Of a stretch of 64,000 nt of DNA, positions 27,529 to 36,764 are shown one piece after another. Source of the DNA: an uncultured candidate division Zixibacteria bacterium (GTDB taxonomy: Bacteria > Zixibacteria > MSB-5A5 > UBA10806); the NCBI GenBank assembly GCA_963801605.1, contig CAWDFP010000002.1:2463-66462 (forward strand), given 5' to 3'. The translations under genes were made by a program, and so were the position numbers. The notes under the pieces are model-generated. The model made no database searches. It worked only from the letters and a program-made list of their open reading frames with translations, and was not told the origin of the DNA. Positions within the stretch are counted from its first letter, which is position 1. The number at the start of each line of letters is the position of its first letter.

Positions 27529-28641
27529 TTGAAAAAAATATCTGTCCTGCATATCGTACTTTCAACACTTACGGGCGGAATGGAAAACGCTATTTATAAT
27601 TTGTGCGCCAATAGCGATCGCGGCAAGCTCGATATTCAGGTGGCCTGTATAGAGGAAATTGGGGCGCTTTCGGAAAAATTTAAAGCGCTGGGTATCGAAA
27701 CCGTGCTGATTCCGAAAATGGTATCGGGTTTCTCGCTTTTATATCCTCGAGAGCTCATTCATTTTATCGAGCAGAGTAAATGCGATATAGTGCATACGCA
27801 TTCCGGATGCTGGACAAAGGTAGCGTCAGCAATTGCTCATTTACCAAATGTGAAACTCGTTTATACGGAGCACGGCAGAACTTTTCCCGACCCGAAACTG
27901 GGGCTGGTGCTGGACAGAATTGCCGGCCTTGCCACCGATAGGGTCGTTGCGGTAGCCGATACGTTGAATCAATATTTAATCGAAAAAGTAGGCGTATCGC
28001 CTAAAAAGGTAATCACAATCAGGAATGGAATAGATACTGAACGCTTTAAGAGATCGGAAATAAGCAGAAGTGAAGTCAGAACCGAGTTAGGGTATTCCCC
28101 CGAAAATATTATTATCGGGATAGTTGCCCGTCTGGCGCCGGTGAAAAACCATGAATATCTATTTCGCACGGTTAAGATTGTATTCGATGAAAATCCGCAA
28201 AGTAGATTGCTTGTCATAGGTGATGGTGAATTGCGAGGATCGCTTGAAAGCTTAGCTCAATCTACAGGATTGGCAAATAAGATAAAGTTTATCGGAGATC
28301 GTCCTGATGTTTCGCGGCTGTTATCGGGAATTGATATTTTGACTTTAAGTTCGCTAAGCGAGGGGACCAGCTTGACTTTGCTTGAAGGAATGTCGTGTCA
28401 ATTGCCCGTTGTAGCGACAAATATTGGCGGCAATCCAGGTGTAATTAAGAACGGGCAAACCGGCTTTTTGGTCGATTTAGATAAACCGGAACTTTATGCC
28501 GACAGTTTCAAATCCTTAATTAATTCGAAAGAGCTACGGCAAACTATGGGCGAGAAGGCTCGAAAGGATATCGAGCTGTACTGGTCTATTGCGGCCTGTG
28601 TTAAATCATATCAGGAATTATACGAAGAGTTAGTAAAATAA
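27529..28641 (+). CDS. Glycosyltransferase family 4 (GT-B)
   Basis: TTG start. ISVLHIVLSTLTGGMENA, and SSLSEGTSLTLLEGMSCQLPVVATNIGGNPGVIKNGQTGFLV. Confidence 0.85.
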   Translation: MKKISVLHIVLSTLTGGMENAIYNLCANSDRGKLDIQVACIEEIGALSEKFKALGIETVLIPKMVSGFSLLYPRELIHFIEQSKCDIVHTHSGCWTKVASAIAHLPNVKLVYTEHGRTFPDPKLGLVLDRIAGLATDRVVAVADTLNQYLIEKVGVSPKKVITIRNGIDTERFKRSEISRSEVRTELGYSPENIIIGIVARLAPVKNHEYLFRTVKIVFDENPQSRLLVIGDGELRGSLESLAQSTGLANKIKFIGDRPDVSRLLSGIDILTLSSLSEGTSLTLLEGMSCQLPVVATNIGGNPGVIKNGQTGFLVDLDKPELYADSFKSLINSKELRQTMGEKARKDIELYWSIAACVKSYQELYEELVK

Positions 28642-28642
28642 C

Positions 28643-29644
28643 TCAGGACAATAACTTTCGTTTCAGATATTCTAAACCACAGATATATTGCTTGAACCAG
28701 ATAATTCCGTCCGGAATGGCAAACCGGGGAATTCGAAACGGATCATTTTCACTCTTGGTATTATAAAATCCGGAAACCCCGATTACGGCGGCAATATAGC
28801 CGGCCGATTTTAATATCGATATAGTATCTTCGGTAAAATCGCCATAATCACCGTTGGGATAGCAAAAGATGTCTGCCTTCGATTTAAGTTTATTTTCGAT
28901 AATGGCTTTAGCAGTTATCAATTCATCTTTTTGCTGCTCGACTGACGAATTCGACAGGATTGGATGAGTTTTGGTATGAGGGTGAAACTCAATTCCGTGC
29001 TCTTTCATTTCGCTGATTTCCGACCACGATAGCGGCGCATATATTCCATTCGGTTGGGCGCTGATATCGACGTTCAACAATCGAACCAACTGCTCAATCA
29101 TCGAGAGCTTATCGGCGTTGGGCACCTTTTTAAGGCGCGCGATTGTTTGGGAGGCGTATTTTGTCTTATCATTTGAATTCGTTAACGTTATCTTATTCAA
29201 ATCCAATTGCGGGAAATCGAGCATTTCGACTTTTGTTTCATTGAATATATACTCAACCGTATCCCACCAGAAAAATAGCTTATTTTCTATGAAATCACTG
29301 GTTAAAAATATAGCGGCAGAATATCCATATTTCTTAAATACCGGATAGGCATGAAGATAAAAATCCCTGTAACCATCATCAACTGTAAAAACAACCGCTT
29401 TGGATAAATCCTCATGATTTATTAAAACCTTTACGTAATCGGAAAGAGAAATGACATTATACCGGTGCTTTTTTAAATATCCCAAATACTGATCCAATAT
29501 TGCTGTAGAAAGGGCGCCTGCTCTGCGATTAATGCCATCATCGATATGGTGCAGCATAAAGATAGTTGCCGTATTTTTGGTGAAAGCGTTAAAAAGCGGA
29601 TAAAGCCGCAATAGATCGACAAATTTAAGTAATAACTCTTTCAA
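28643..29644 (-). CDS. Polysaccharide deacetylase (CE4 / NodB homology domain)
   Basis: VFTVDDGYRDFY (Asp-Asp motif), EFHPHTKTHP (His-His motif) and FCYPNGDY. It is convergent with the upstream GT4, with only 1 nt between the stops. Confidence 0.85.
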   Translation of the reverse strand: MKELLLKFVDLLRLYPLFNAFTKNTATIFMLHHIDDGINRRAGALSTAILDQYLGYLKKHRYNVISLSDYVKVLINHEDLSKAVVFTVDDGYRDFYLHAYPVFKKYGYSAAIFLTSDFIENKLFFWWDTVEYIFNETKVEMLDFPQLDLNKITLTNSNDKTKYASQTIARLKKVPNADKLSMIEQLVRLLNVDISAQPNGIYAPLSWSEISEMKEHGIEFHPHTKTHPILSNSSVEQQKDELITAKAIIENKLKSKADIFCYPNGDYGDFTEDTISILKSAGYIAAVIGVSGFYNTKSENDPFRIPRFAIPDGIIWFKQYICGLEYLKRKLLS

Positions 29645-29668
29645 GCGATCCCCCTAAGGCAGTTGATT

Positions 29669-30292
29669 TCAATCGGTTCTAAGCGGACCCTCGCCGCTTT
29701 TGACCATAGCCGAATAGCCGCCTGTAATATAACCAGGGCCATTTTCGAGAAGAGCCAACATCTCCCCCATGGTTTCCGGATTCAAATATTGAAGGCTGTA
29801 TTTCGAATAAGGAAACTGCGGTGAATTTTGCATTTTGTTACGATGCTTACCCAGATATTCGGACATGGTACAGATAACTTTGGCAGGGTTGCCCGCCGCC
29901 ACCGAATCGGGCGGAATATCTTTAATAACGACCGAATTCGATCCCACAATAGAGCGAGGGCCGATAGTAACCCCCGGCATTATTATCGTTCGCATACCGA
30001 AATGGCAGGATTCGTGGATAGTCACTTTTCCAATTTGGGTGGCGTCGAGATATTCGTTGGGCATAGCGTCATGAGCGAGTATGGCGCAATCCTCACCAAA
30101 ACCGCAATTATCGCCAATGGAAATGAGGAAACAGTGCGAGGTGTCGATCCAGGTTGACATGGGAAGATTAACACCTTTGCCGAGATGCATACCGAGTTCC
30201 CGCAGGTTTTTCCATCGCCTTTTTAATCGGTAGACCGAAATCTTGCCCTTAAGTTTCGATAATAATTTCAGGACGATCCCAAACATAAACAT
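29669..30292 (-). CDS. Hexapeptide-repeat O-acetyltransferase (maltose/galactoside acetyltransferase-like)
   Basis: IGDNCGFGEDCAILAHD...IHESCHFGMRTIIMPGVTIGPRSIVGSNSVVIKDIPPDSVAAGNPAK. Confidence 0.8.
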   Translation of the reverse strand: MFMFGIVLKLLSKLKGKISVYRLKRRWKNLRELGMHLGKGVNLPMSTWIDTSHCFLISIGDNCGFGEDCAILAHDAMPNEYLDATQIGKVTIHESCHFGMRTIIMPGVTIGPRSIVGSNSVVIKDIPPDSVAAGNPAKVICTMSEYLGKHRNKMQNSPQFPYSKYSLQYLNPETMGEMLALLENGPGYITGGYSAMVKSGEGPLRTD

Positions 30293-30293
30293 G

Positions 30294-31679
30294 CTACTTT
30301 CTTTTGTTGGTGATGGTGACTTCGAAAAGATCCGCCAATCTTTTCGTAAGCCGCCGACGATTGTATTGATTTATATAATCCCAATTGGGTTTATATGGAG
30401 TTCGTCCCCGGATTTTATCCTGGAGATATTCTTTTAGCGCTCTGGCAATATTATCCACGTCATTATAAATAATGAAATTTCCCAGGCCGCTTTGCTTTAT
30501 TATGCCGGCGGATTCCCCATCCCAGCCGATCATAAGTATCGGCCGTCCGGAACGGATGTATTCGAAGGTTCTGCCGGCCACGATCTTATCGCTCATGCGC
30601 TCGTCTCCTTTAGGTATCAGAAGCAATAGCAGATCGGCTTTGGCCATACAGGCGACCGCCTCATTATGCGGCCTAAACCCGGCGATTGTTATAAAGGGTT
30701 TGAGATCGGGCCTGGAAAGCAATTCCCTACAATTATCCGACTGTTCGCCAAGTAATATCAATTTAGCTTTTTCGGCGAATGTTGAGTCTTTTAGGGCCAG
30801 GGAAAACCCCTCGATAAAATATTCAAAGGCGGTATCCGGATATATGAAACCGATACTGGCCATATTGAATTTCCCATTCTCGATGATGCGGCTTAGATCG
30901 GGGGAATCAGGGAGATTGAAATCGTCTTCATCATAACCGTTGAAAATTACATGATGCTTGTGTGCATCGATATTAAGAAAGGCATCTTTGACCAGCGCCG
31001 CGCGCCCCTCACCGGTGTGTATGATGATGTTCGCGCGGGCGAGCACCTGGCGTTCCAGTTTTTTCTCTTTTCGGGTTCTGAAAGCGTTCAATCCCTGCCT
31101 GGTGTAATGTGTAGTCCAGGGATCGCGGAAATCGGTAACCATCGGAAGACCGCTTAGTTTTGACAGCAACCGGGCTACCAGATGAACGGTTTCGGGAGGA
31201 GACGTTGACAATATGATATCTATTTTTTCTTTCCGGATGGCCCTTAAGCCAGTCCAGACCGCCAGCGGAATCCAGCCGATTTTTGTATCAGGGACGTGAA
31301 TATAATTTTCGACAAATCGATGCAAAGGCAAAAATAGCATTCGTTTTATCAGCGATGGGGAAGAGGCCGTTTTAGCTTCCGCATTTGGAGCTGTTGACGG
31401 CATAGCCGCATCAGAACTGCTTCTGTTGTTATATAGTTTCTTAATAAGCCAATTTTCAAACCGCTCAAATTCGAAGGAATAAGCTCGATAAATCTTTATA
31501 TCGCCCGGTAATTCGTTTAGCAGGGTGCTGTCGAGCGTTTCCCGAGGGTAATTTTTGACAGTTAAAATAACGGGTGTCCAACCGAATTCTGGCAGGTATT
31601 TGGCAAATTTGACCGGCCTGTAAACGCCGCCGGTTCTGGCCGGTGGAAAATCATAGGCTATTATTAAAGCTTTCTTCAT
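30294..31679 (-). CDS. Glycosyltransferase (GT-B, GT4-like)
   Basis: MKKALIIAYDFPPARTGGVYRPVKFAKYLPEFGW N-terminus, typical of EPS-locus GT-B enzymes. 461 aa. It starts 1 nt after... rather, its stop lies 1 nt from the next gene's start. Confidence 0.7.
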   Translation of the reverse strand: MKKALIIAYDFPPARTGGVYRPVKFAKYLPEFGWTPVILTVKNYPRETLDSTLLNELPGDIKIYRAYSFEFERFENWLIKKLYNNRSSSDAAMPSTAPNAEAKTASSPSLIKRMLFLPLHRFVENYIHVPDTKIGWIPLAVWTGLRAIRKEKIDIILSTSPPETVHLVARLLSKLSGLPMVTDFRDPWTTHYTRQGLNAFRTRKEKKLERQVLARANIIIHTGEGRAALVKDAFLNIDAHKHHVIFNGYDEDDFNLPDSPDLSRIIENGKFNMASIGFIYPDTAFEYFIEGFSLALKDSTFAEKAKLILLGEQSDNCRELLSRPDLKPFITIAGFRPHNEAVACMAKADLLLLLIPKGDERMSDKIVAGRTFEYIRSGRPILMIGWDGESAGIIKQSGLGNFIIYNDVDNIARALKEYLQDKIRGRTPYKPNWDYINQYNRRRLTKRLADLFEVTITNKRK

Positions 31680-31715
31680 TAAAGTATCTAATTCCTCAAT
31701 TCGCCGAAAGAATCA

Positions 31716-33605
31716 TCAACGCTTAAATACGGGAGGAGCATCTTTATCGATAAAATACCTGTTAAATAGCTCGAATGTCGTCAGGCTCGCTATGACGGCG
31801 AAACCGTTGGAGCCTCGGGACTCTTTTGTGAGCAGCGTTTTTACGGCCTCGGGATTGAAATATCCTCGATTCAAGGTCCTGGAATCAAGCAATATATTTT
31901 CAAAGAATCTTCTATTGGCGGGATATTGCCGGTACCATTGATCGGGCTGCGTATAGTTATGGTAATTATAAAGATTGATCTTTCCAAGGGATAAACGGCC
32001 AAGATAGTATCGCACTAGGTCTTTTTGGGATTTAATCCATTTCATTCGGGATGACGGTTCCCGGTAAAGATTCAGGCCGGTTTTCTGATATTCAATTTTG
32101 GCCATTTCAGGCATCAATTTATAAAACATATTTTTGTATACTGCCCGATTTACCTTCAGGTTCAGAGGCAGGGTTACGTATAATTTAAATAATTCATCAT
32201 CGACCAATGCATAATGGTCATGGTAGAAATATCTGTTTAGATCGAATTGTGCCGAGAGGCGCAGGATGCGAGTTTCGAGCATGAAATGATCTAACTGGCT
32301 GATAAAATATCTTCCGGCATATTCATATTTGGAAAATTCAGCCAGCAAATGCGAATCGAACGACGCCTTTATTTTATCCTTATATTCACCGGAGAATAAA
32401 TCAACATAGTCCTCGCCGAAATATTGGGCGCCGTAAATTTCCCTGAGGCGATTTAGTTTAGCCGCGGGCGACAGGTTATTCGTAACGTCGATCTGATCGC
32501 CAAAAAGGCATGCGAAATTCAGCGTTCCCGAAAAGATGGAATTTATAAATTCGAATTCAAGAGGATTTTCAGTATACGATTTTACTACCGATGGGAGATA
32601 GCATGGTCCCAGATCGATCATGCCATCGGTTAACCAGGTGGACCAGGCGCCCATATTAGCGTAACATTCAGGATCGCCGCGCAATTCACGAAATTTATCA
32701 GTGATTCCCAATTTGTCAGCCACAGTTTTGGCGATAAGAACATCAGCGCTTTTGGATTGACCATGAGCATAATAAACCACATTCTTACTGGTGCGAGAGA
32801 TGAGGTGAGCCAGGCCTCGGGAATCCATTCCGCCGGATAAGCCTATGATAAAATTGTCGTGATCCCCCAACTGACGATCAAGCGTATCCCGGGCGCTTTC
32901 GTAAAGGGTCGATGCGAGCTTGTCGGCATCACCATTAAGCTCCTCATCGAAACTGTAGCTCCAATATCGTTTATTACTAATGTTGAAACTGCCATCGATT
33001 TCAATTTGAGTGGCGGGATATATATGTTTAATATTTTTAATGAGCGTTCGTCCGCAGATCAGGAAAGCATAATTGAAGAAATCCGCCATACCGTCGATAT
33101 CGATTTCAGGACGGTAGCTGTCCAGCGCCATAAAGGCTTTTACTTCGGGGGCAAACGCAATATAATTATCATCTTCATAAAGGAATAAATTTCGATATCC
33201 CAACCGGTCCTTACTCAAATACAAATTATTGGTTTTATTATCGTAAATGGCCATAGAAAATGATCCATTAATCATCGCCGGAATATCCGATAGGGGAAAG
33301 TTGCTATCCAAAGGTATCGAAAGGGCAGGGTCAGGCGACATTGAACGATTCTGAAATCCCGAAATTCTCCAGCCGTAAATGTATCCATCGAATACGAAAC
33401 CGCGTCCGGTTGATTCATCTTTTCTTGAAAAACCATAGCCGCGATAGGGGATTCCGATTCTGCCAATTGAAAATGTCGGGGTTAATATTTTATCGATTTT
33501 ATAATAATCGAAATGACTCAGGAGTCTCGCCATAACGTCGAATTGAGCCGATAAAGATTCTTGTGAGGCGCGTTTTTTGGGTATAATTCCGAAAATTCCC
33601 GGCAT
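31716..33605 (-). CDS. Asparagine synthetase B-like amidotransferase; the N-terminal nucleophile Cys is replaced by Pro
   Basis: PP-loop GLSGGMDSRG. The Ntn-domain remnants are VFDGYIYG and INGSFSMAIYDNKTNNLYLSKDRLGYRNLF...FAPEVKAF. The N-terminus is MPGIFG instead of MCGI. Confidence 0.8.
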   Translation of the reverse strand: MPGIFGIIPKKRASQESLSAQFDVMARLLSHFDYYKIDKILTPTFSIGRIGIPYRGYGFSRKDESTGRGFVFDGYIYGWRISGFQNRSMSPDPALSIPLDSNFPLSDIPAMINGSFSMAIYDNKTNNLYLSKDRLGYRNLFLYEDDNYIAFAPEVKAFMALDSYRPEIDIDGMADFFNYAFLICGRTLIKNIKHIYPATQIEIDGSFNISNKRYWSYSFDEELNGDADKLASTLYESARDTLDRQLGDHDNFIIGLSGGMDSRGLAHLISRTSKNVVYYAHGQSKSADVLIAKTVADKLGITDKFRELRGDPECYANMGAWSTWLTDGMIDLGPCYLPSVVKSYTENPLEFEFINSIFSGTLNFACLFGDQIDVTNNLSPAAKLNRLREIYGAQYFGEDYVDLFSGEYKDKIKASFDSHLLAEFSKYEYAGRYFISQLDHFMLETRILRLSAQFDLNRYFYHDHYALVDDELFKLYVTLPLNLKVNRAVYKNMFYKLMPEMAKIEYQKTGLNLYREPSSRMKWIKSQKDLVRYYLGRLSLGKINLYNYHNYTQPDQWYRQYPANRRFFENILLDSRTLNRGYFNPEAVKTLLTKESRGSNGFAVIASLTTFELFNRYFIDKDAPPVFKR

Positions 33606-33635
33606 ATAACAATCCTTAAAGGGCAGTCGAATGAA

Positions 33636-35111
33636 TTAATCAAAACTAAGCTTCCTGGTAGCGATTATCTGTTTGATTTTACTCATTTCACCTTCATCGA
33701 AAAAGCGCATAAAATAAAGGATAAAGGGATAACTTAAGCCAATCAGCGATTTTGCAATTATGTTTATTACAATAGACGAATTATTAATAAACATGCCCGA
33801 AAAATAGAGCACAAAGGCAGTAATGAAAAGAATTGAAATTCGAGTCCATTCCATGTGAATAGGATGCAGACGATTGGCAAAATATAGCGTTAATGAGACC
33901 TTGAATATCATACAAATCAGGGTGACGATCGCCGCTCCCCAGACCGAAAAATATCGAATTAGAAAATAGTTTAATACCAGGTTAATGACGCCGGTGACAA
34001 TATTAACATAAGCAATATACTTGGTGGCATTTTTCATCATAATGCCGACATTGAAATGAAAATGAAATGAAAAGATTATATAGGAAAGAGTAATTATCGG
34101 TACAATTTTGTGTGCCGGCCAGAACGATTCCGCCGCCACCAGTTGAATCGCTTCTTTGGACAGGAGCGAGATGAACAATCCTCCGAATAAGCACAGGACG
34201 GTAAAATAGGTAAATATTCGAGCATAAATCTTTTCCGAATTTTCCTTCTGAAAATACTCAAACCGTCGCGGTCCCCAGATCTGGATAAAAGGGGAGGTCA
34301 CAAACTGATTTATTAATGTCCCGAATTTATATCCCAGAGAGTAAAGACCGGTGGTCGTTAGATCGGCGTAACTATTGATAAAGTAACGATCTGATGCTTG
34401 AACAACGTAGGCGGATATATTGGATGGAATCAGAGGCAGCCCGAAACTAAGCATTTTGCCCAATATTTTAAGATCAATCTTTATACCGCAATTTTTAAGG
34501 ATGTAATACGTCACAAATACCGTTACAGCGGCATTGGCAATTAAAGTAGATAATAATATGCCGGTAACGCCCTTATGCAGAAAGACTATTAAATAGATAT
34601 TAAGACTTAAAGCCAGCACGGTTCTGGAAATGGATAGAATCAGCATTAGAAGCGATTTTAGCTGCGCCCTGATATACGAATAGGCTATTTGAATGAACAT
34701 ATCCAAGGCCATGGCTATTAGAGCGATAATAAAATAGTAAGTATATTCAGGTTTGCCCAGGATATAGGTTGCCATCAATTTCGAAAAAGGCAATACGACC
34801 AAAACACCCAAGACTATAACAGCGCCGTATCCAATGAATGCGGTACTAACCACCTTTTTACGGTTTTCATCATCGGAAAATTCGAAGTAATAACGACTTA
34901 CGGCTGATTGTATTCCGATACCAATCACCATGCTTAATAAATTGGTGGTAGTAAAAATAAGCTCCATAACTCCGTAATCAGCCGGAGTCAGGAATCTCGT
35001 ATAAATGGGGAGCATTAAAAAGCCGATGACGCGATCAAGTACGTTTGACAGGCCGTAAATCAAGGAATGCTTGGTTATGACTTTTACTTCTCCGCCTACT
35101 GATTGCGCCAT
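33636..35111 (-). CDS. Oligosaccharide flippase (Wzx / MOP superfamily)
   Basis: 491 aa with about 12-14 TM helices. The N-terminal HSLIYGLSNVLDRVIGFLMLPIYTRFLTPADYGVMELI is typical of the Polysacc_synt family. Confidence 0.85.
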   Translation of the reverse strand: MAQSVGGEVKVITKHSLIYGLSNVLDRVIGFLMLPIYTRFLTPADYGVMELIFTTTNLLSMVIGIGIQSAVSRYYFEFSDDENRKKVVSTAFIGYGAVIVLGVLVVLPFSKLMATYILGKPEYTYYFIIALIAMALDMFIQIAYSYIRAQLKSLLMLILSISRTVLALSLNIYLIVFLHKGVTGILLSTLIANAAVTVFVTYYILKNCGIKIDLKILGKMLSFGLPLIPSNISAYVVQASDRYFINSYADLTTTGLYSLGYKFGTLINQFVTSPFIQIWGPRRFEYFQKENSEKIYARIFTYFTVLCLFGGLFISLLSKEAIQLVAAESFWPAHKIVPIITLSYIIFSFHFHFNVGIMMKNATKYIAYVNIVTGVINLVLNYFLIRYFSVWGAAIVTLICMIFKVSLTLYFANRLHPIHMEWTRISILFITAFVLYFSGMFINNSSIVINIIAKSLIGLSYPFILYFMRFFDEGEMSKIKQIIATRKLSFD

Positions 35112-35202
35112 GCGCCTATTTTACATTAAAATATGGATATTATCAATAGAGAAAGACTGCAGAATTCCGTCGAAAAATGAAGGGTAAGGGGCTTGATTTG
35201 AT

Positions 35203-36138
35203 TCAGGCGTTCATGAAGGGATGAGCCGCCGTCGAAGCGCCAAAATTGATATGATTAAAGCGTTCCTGGCCGGTCATTTCCGGCTGTTCGGGGAAATCAA
35301 ATAGCTTTCCAAGAGTGTATTGAACCCGGACATGATTCGGCATGAGATTAAGAACCTGAATATAAGCATTTTGAACCATTTCCGAATCGGCAATCCCATT
35401 AAGATGCACTCCCGGATTGTACAAAGTTTTTATTAAATCGGGCTGAATTTTTATGGCGGTTTTGAGAGATTCAGCCGCTTCGCGAACAAGCCCGAGCTTG
35501 ATATAGATTTTGCCGAGATCAAAATAGGCGTCGGCGCATTTTGGCCGGGTTTCGATGGTTCGTTTTAGAAGAGTGACGGCATCATCATACCGTCCCACTT
35601 TTTCATACACTAAAGCCAGGTTACAGCTGGCCTCCGGGCAATCGGGGTATGTCTCGAGAAGTAAGGTAAAGCAGGCGGCGGCCTCATGCAATTCCCCAAG
35701 TTTGGTAAAGGCTATACCCAATCCTAAATGAGCTTTACCGTATTGATTATTTATACTAAGTGATTTTTGGAATGCGGTTACAGCATCGAGATAATGGCCG
35801 AGCTGGATATAGGATAAGCCCAAACTGCAATAAGCCTTAAAATGAATCGGGTTCAGGCGAATTGTTTTTCTGAAAGATGATATCGCCTCGAGTTGCAGGT
35901 TAAGCTGGCCGTAAGATAACCCCCGGTAATAATATGCCTCGGCATCAAACGGGTCCATGCGAATGATGATATCATACATCCTCACGGCATCGTTATGCCG
36001 CCTCAGTTTGGCATAGGTTACGCCGAGGTTGAAATAGGAGTTAATGTTGTCTGATTCGGAATCGATATCGTCAGTCAAATGTGGGATCTGCGTTTTCTCA
36101 TCACCCATCTGTTTACCGGAAGTCTGTTTGATCGTCAT
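35203..36138 (-). CDS. TPR repeat protein
   Basis: The likely start is ATG at 36138, preceded by AAGGGGA; the ORF-track start at 36195 is GTG. It has at least 7 canonical TPR units (YFNLGVTYAKLRRHNDAVRMYDIIIRMDP...). Confidence 0.8.
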   Translation of the reverse strand: MTIKQTSGKQMGDEKTQIPHLTDDIDSESDNINSYFNLGVTYAKLRRHNDAVRMYDIIIRMDPFDAEAYYYRGLSYGQLNLQLEAISSFRKTIRLNPIHFKAYCSLGLSYIQLGHYLDAVTAFQKSLSINNQYGKAHLGLGIAFTKLGELHEAAACFTLLLETYPDCPEASCNLALVYEKVGRYDDAVTLLKRTIETRPKCADAYFDLGKIYIKLGLVREAAESLKTAIKIQPDLIKTLYNPGVHLNGIADSEMVQNAYIQVLNLMPNHVRVQYTLGKLFDFPEQPEMTGQERFNHINFGASTAAHPFMNA

Positions 36139-36764
36139 GATCGTTCCCCTTTTTATTAAGGCCAAGCTTCCTCGACAAGAACCAATGAAATTCACAGATA
36201 CTTATTAGTATCGATGTAATGCCATTTACAGATTGTAATTCGGCGACTCAATCTAAGTCGTCCGAGCTTTTCGATATTTGATCTATATGATTGAATAAAA
36301 CGCTTCAAATATCGAACAATCGCCAATATTCGCGAAAATCATGGAATTAAAATTTTGGCACGATATACTATTGGTAGGGTAAAAATTTTACAGGAGCTTG
36401 TCAAGAGAATTCTATAATTGATATTGTAAACTGGAGAGAACTTCCTGTCTCAGTTTAATTTATGTGAATTTTAATGGGTGTATATAGGCGAAAACCAAAA
36501 CAGGACTCTGGTCCTGCTCAATTTATTAATCGTAAATTATTAGTTATTTCAGGAGCGTCAGTTTGGCGCTGGCTATCTGATTTCGAGTTGGAGATTTGAA
36601 TTCAAATATTCCTATATTTTCCATGTTTATCGAAAAAAATGCTTGAAAATCATCGCAAATATTCGATATTACGGGCGAAAATGATGAAAGCCCCTCGATA
36701 AACCTCCTCAAGGTAATAAGAGCCTTGATGAATCGAGGAACAGGAAAAATCGAAAGGAGTATCA

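Noticed and set aside
36353-36370. TGGCAC motif, considered as a sigma54 -24 element given the nearby NtrC-type regulator
   Set aside because: The required TTGC -12 element at the fixed spacing is absent (TGGCACGATATACTAT). It is also 12 kb from the regulator.
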